A stretch of 64,000 nt of DNA from Felis catus (lineage: Eukaryota): the NCBI RefSeq assembly GCF_018350175.1, contig NC_058368.1:234672001-234736000 (forward strand), given 5' to 3'. The position numbers and the translations under genes were made by a program. The notes beneath the pieces were generated by a model. The model saw only the letters and a program-made list of their open reading frames with translations, searched no databases and was not told the DNA's origin. The stretch's first letter is position 1; each line of letters opens with the position of its first letter. This document shows positions 63,690 through 64,000 of this stretch, piece by piece.

Positions 63690-64000
63690 GCTCACCCCTT
63701 GGACTCTTCTCTATCTGTCCTCACTCCTAGGTGTTCTCACCAACACCTCATTTTTAATGCCATAATATGCATCGGCATGTGACTGTCTCCTGCCTGCATG
63801 CCTGAGAGATGTTTTGATGTGACATGTCTGCAAAGGAAGTAATGTCTCATTACTTCCTGCTCCAAATCTGCTCTTCCCTCCATCTTCCCCACTCAGAGGA
63901 AGGCACCTCTGCTGGTGACTGGAAGCTCAGGCCCAAGACCCTGGGTTCTCCTTGGTTCTCCTTCTCACATACCTACTTCCAATTCATTAGCCTGGTCTTT
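63690..64000 (-). mobile_element. L2 relic
   Basis: CCAAATCTGCTCTTCCCCTCCATCTTCCCCACTCAG..AAGGCACC..GCTCAGGCCCAAGACCCTGGG..CCTTGGTTCTCCTTCTC. Confidence 0.65.

Noticed and set aside
1..64000. A novel functional biological system or an identifiable host gene
   Set aside because: No intact coding or structured RNA gene could be supported; the unusual structures are explained by known retrotransposition and decay processes.

Overview
Mammalian genomic DNA from a cat-family (Felidae) species, judged from many tRNA-derived Can-SINEs of the felid SINEC_Fc type and from carnivore L1 3' ends. I found no intact protein-coding exon, rRNA, tRNA or CRISPR array. The window looks intergenic or deep intronic and is dominated by transposable elements. 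ORF-track entries are either repeat-derived or show no homology I recognise. The most informative region is ~6-11.8 kb, a decayed hAT-Tip100 (Zaphod-like) DNA transposon whose transposase motifs can still be read. A twin-primed, 5'-inverted carnivore L1 with a perfect 16-bp TSD sits inside it, and that L1 contains a full-length RPL10A processed pseudogene. Also present: a ~9.6-kb fragmented minus-strand L1MC-type element containing an orphan 3'UTR retrocopy, MaLR/ERVL solo LTRs, L2/MIR relics, a 206-bp-period duplication, and repeat-free blocks that may be enhancers. I found no novel functional system that the sequence supports. Subfamily names come from recalled consensus similarity, not a database search.
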